Origin: a virus
Reading direction: 5' to 3' (one strand)
IMG/VR virus record: IMGVR_UViG_3300034284_002648
Span: 1-64,000 of that record
DNA: 64,000 nucleotides
Shown here: positions 62,830 to 64,000 of the stretch, piece by piece
Layout: each line of letters begins with the position of its first letter
Numbering within the stretch: the stretch's first letter is position 1
The notes under the pieces: model-generated
What the model saw: only the letters and a program-made list of their open reading frames with translations
Told to the model about the DNA's origin: nothing
Databases searched by the model: none
Made by a program: the position numbers and the translations under genes

Positions 62830-64000
62830 TTTTCAATAGTGTGCTTACTGTCATTACTTTATCTAACATTGCTACGCCCAAAATATCGAATTTGATTATA
62901 CCCAATGTTTCCAAATCTTGCATTTCCATGCCAGCTATTTGTTGTTTATTTTTAGTATCATAGACCATAGGACAAATACTCCCTAGTCTTTGATCCGATA
63001 TAACAATACCAGCAGCATGTTTGGACTGATTCACTTTTGTCCCTTCTAGCCTAATGGCTTGTTCAAACCTTTTTGCTAGAGGGCCAGACAGAGAGCCATC
63101 CTCATTAATATAACACCAATTCTTCAGTTTGTCAACATTATTTTCTAAGGCCCACTGGATTATCGACGCTTCTCCGTATTCCTCTTTCATTTCTTGAAGT
63201 TCGTCAGCTATTTTGGCTTCGTCTGGTATATTTTTTGTAATTGAATTCATTTCGTCAAAACTTATATCGCCATACACTCGGAGAACATCTTTTAGAGCAC
63301 CCCTACCCTTAAGAGTATTGAAAGTGATCATTTGCGAAACATTTTCAACACCATATCTATTCTTAATGTAGTTGATAACATCCTCTCTCTTATTAATAGG
63401 GACGTCAACATCAATATCTGGCATCGAAATTCTATCTTTAGTATTTCTACCAGCATTATAAAATCTTTCAAAGATCAGATTATATTTTAATGGATCAATA
63501 CTGGTTATACCTATGAGATATGAAACCAGACATCCTGCTGCCGAACCACGACCGGGACCGGGTAACCACCCCTTATTCCTCACAAAATTCACTATATCGG
63601 ACACTATTAAAAAGTAGCTAGACAGACCAGCACCCTGTAAAACAGAGAGTTCGTATTTGATTCTATCTGTGTATTCGCCTTGCTTATCCTTATCTATAAC
63701 ATTGGCGATTTTATCCCTCCAGCCGTTTCTACATAGTTGTCTAAGAAATTCATCTGGATCATTACCTTCGCATTCAAATGGAGGCAACATTGGTCTATGA
63801 GATATATCATAATCTTCACACATACTATCTACTAGATTAGTATTCTCTATCTCTTCTGAGGTATGAATAGACGACATTTCTTCTGGAGACAATATATAAT
63901 AATTATCTGAAATGAAAAATGTAGACATTGGAACAGATTCATGGTTGACTATTTTCCTGTTAATGTCTGTAAATGTTGTCTTTAGATTATTGCATAATAA
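62798..64000 (-). CDS. dnaE: DNA polymerase III alpha, N-terminal half (end of PHP plus palm/thumb), 5'-partial
   Basis: The frame is open to the window edge (LLCNNLKTT...). Motifs GPGRGSAAG, FERF, catalytic MPDIDVD, HAAGIVI and KFDILG are followed by a stop. Confidence 0.9.
   Translation of the reverse strand, partial: LLCNNLKTTFTDINRKIVNHESVPMSTFFISDNYYILSPEEMSSIHTSEEIENTNLVDSMCEDYDISHRPMLPPFECEGNDPDEFLRQLCRNGWRDKIANVIDKDKQGEYTDRIKYELSVLQGAGLSSYFLIVSDIVNFVRNKGWLPGPGRGSAAGCLVSYLIGITSIDPLKYNLIFERFYNAGRNTKDRISMPDIDVDVPINKREDVINYIKNRYGVENVSQMITFNTLKGRGALKDVLRVYGDISFDEMNSITKNIPDEAKIADELQEMKEEYGEASIIQWALENNVDKLKNWCYINEDGSLSGPLAKRFEQAIRLEGTKVNQSKHAAGIVISDQRLGSICPMVYDTKNKQQIAGMEMQDLETLGIIKFDILGVAMLDKVMTVSTLLKNGGSYEQTIF

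Noticed and set aside
1-64000. Stop-codon reassignment (TAG or TGA recoding)
   Set aside because: Code 11 gives dense, very long ORFs. TAG-ended genes that are in frame with the next gene (1612, 10454) meet a TAA first.

Overview
This AT-rich, gene-dense segment is most consistent with a large tailed dsDNA phage (Caudoviricetes-like, standard code, AGGA/GGAG Shine-Dalgarno sites). It contains no capsid, terminase, RNA or integrase genes, so the assignment rests on gene content. There are two convergent arms. (1) The + strand, 1-51763, holds about 21 tightly coupled putative virion (tail/fibre/decoration) genes without signal peptides. They are built from a small kit of reused modules joined by roughly two dozen Thr/Pro-rich linkers. 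The modules are a Cys-bounded ~100-aa beta-sandwich in ~16 copies, RCC1, YVTN and delta-60 propellers, LamG, LecA-like and DUF642-like lectin folds, an HxC...NPH domain and a ~90-aa Cys-bounded repeat. One 2370-aa protein shows Russian-doll nesting of domains. (2) The - strand, 51769-64000, is a replication/modification arm. It carries DnaE split into two intein-free genes around a DnaQ exonuclease and a 65-aa ORF, then SSB, an intact GT4 glycosyltransferase heading six coupled genes of which several look like degenerate sugar-modification enzymes, a NUMOD3/Vsr-like endonuclease, a Rad52/Sak-like annealing protein and a Zn-ribbon protein. The best candidate for an undescribed system is a modular, possibly O-glycosylated and disulfide-clamped virion adhesin scaffold, analogous to cellulosomes or mucins. 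All domain calls are by-eye motif recognition; no searches were run.
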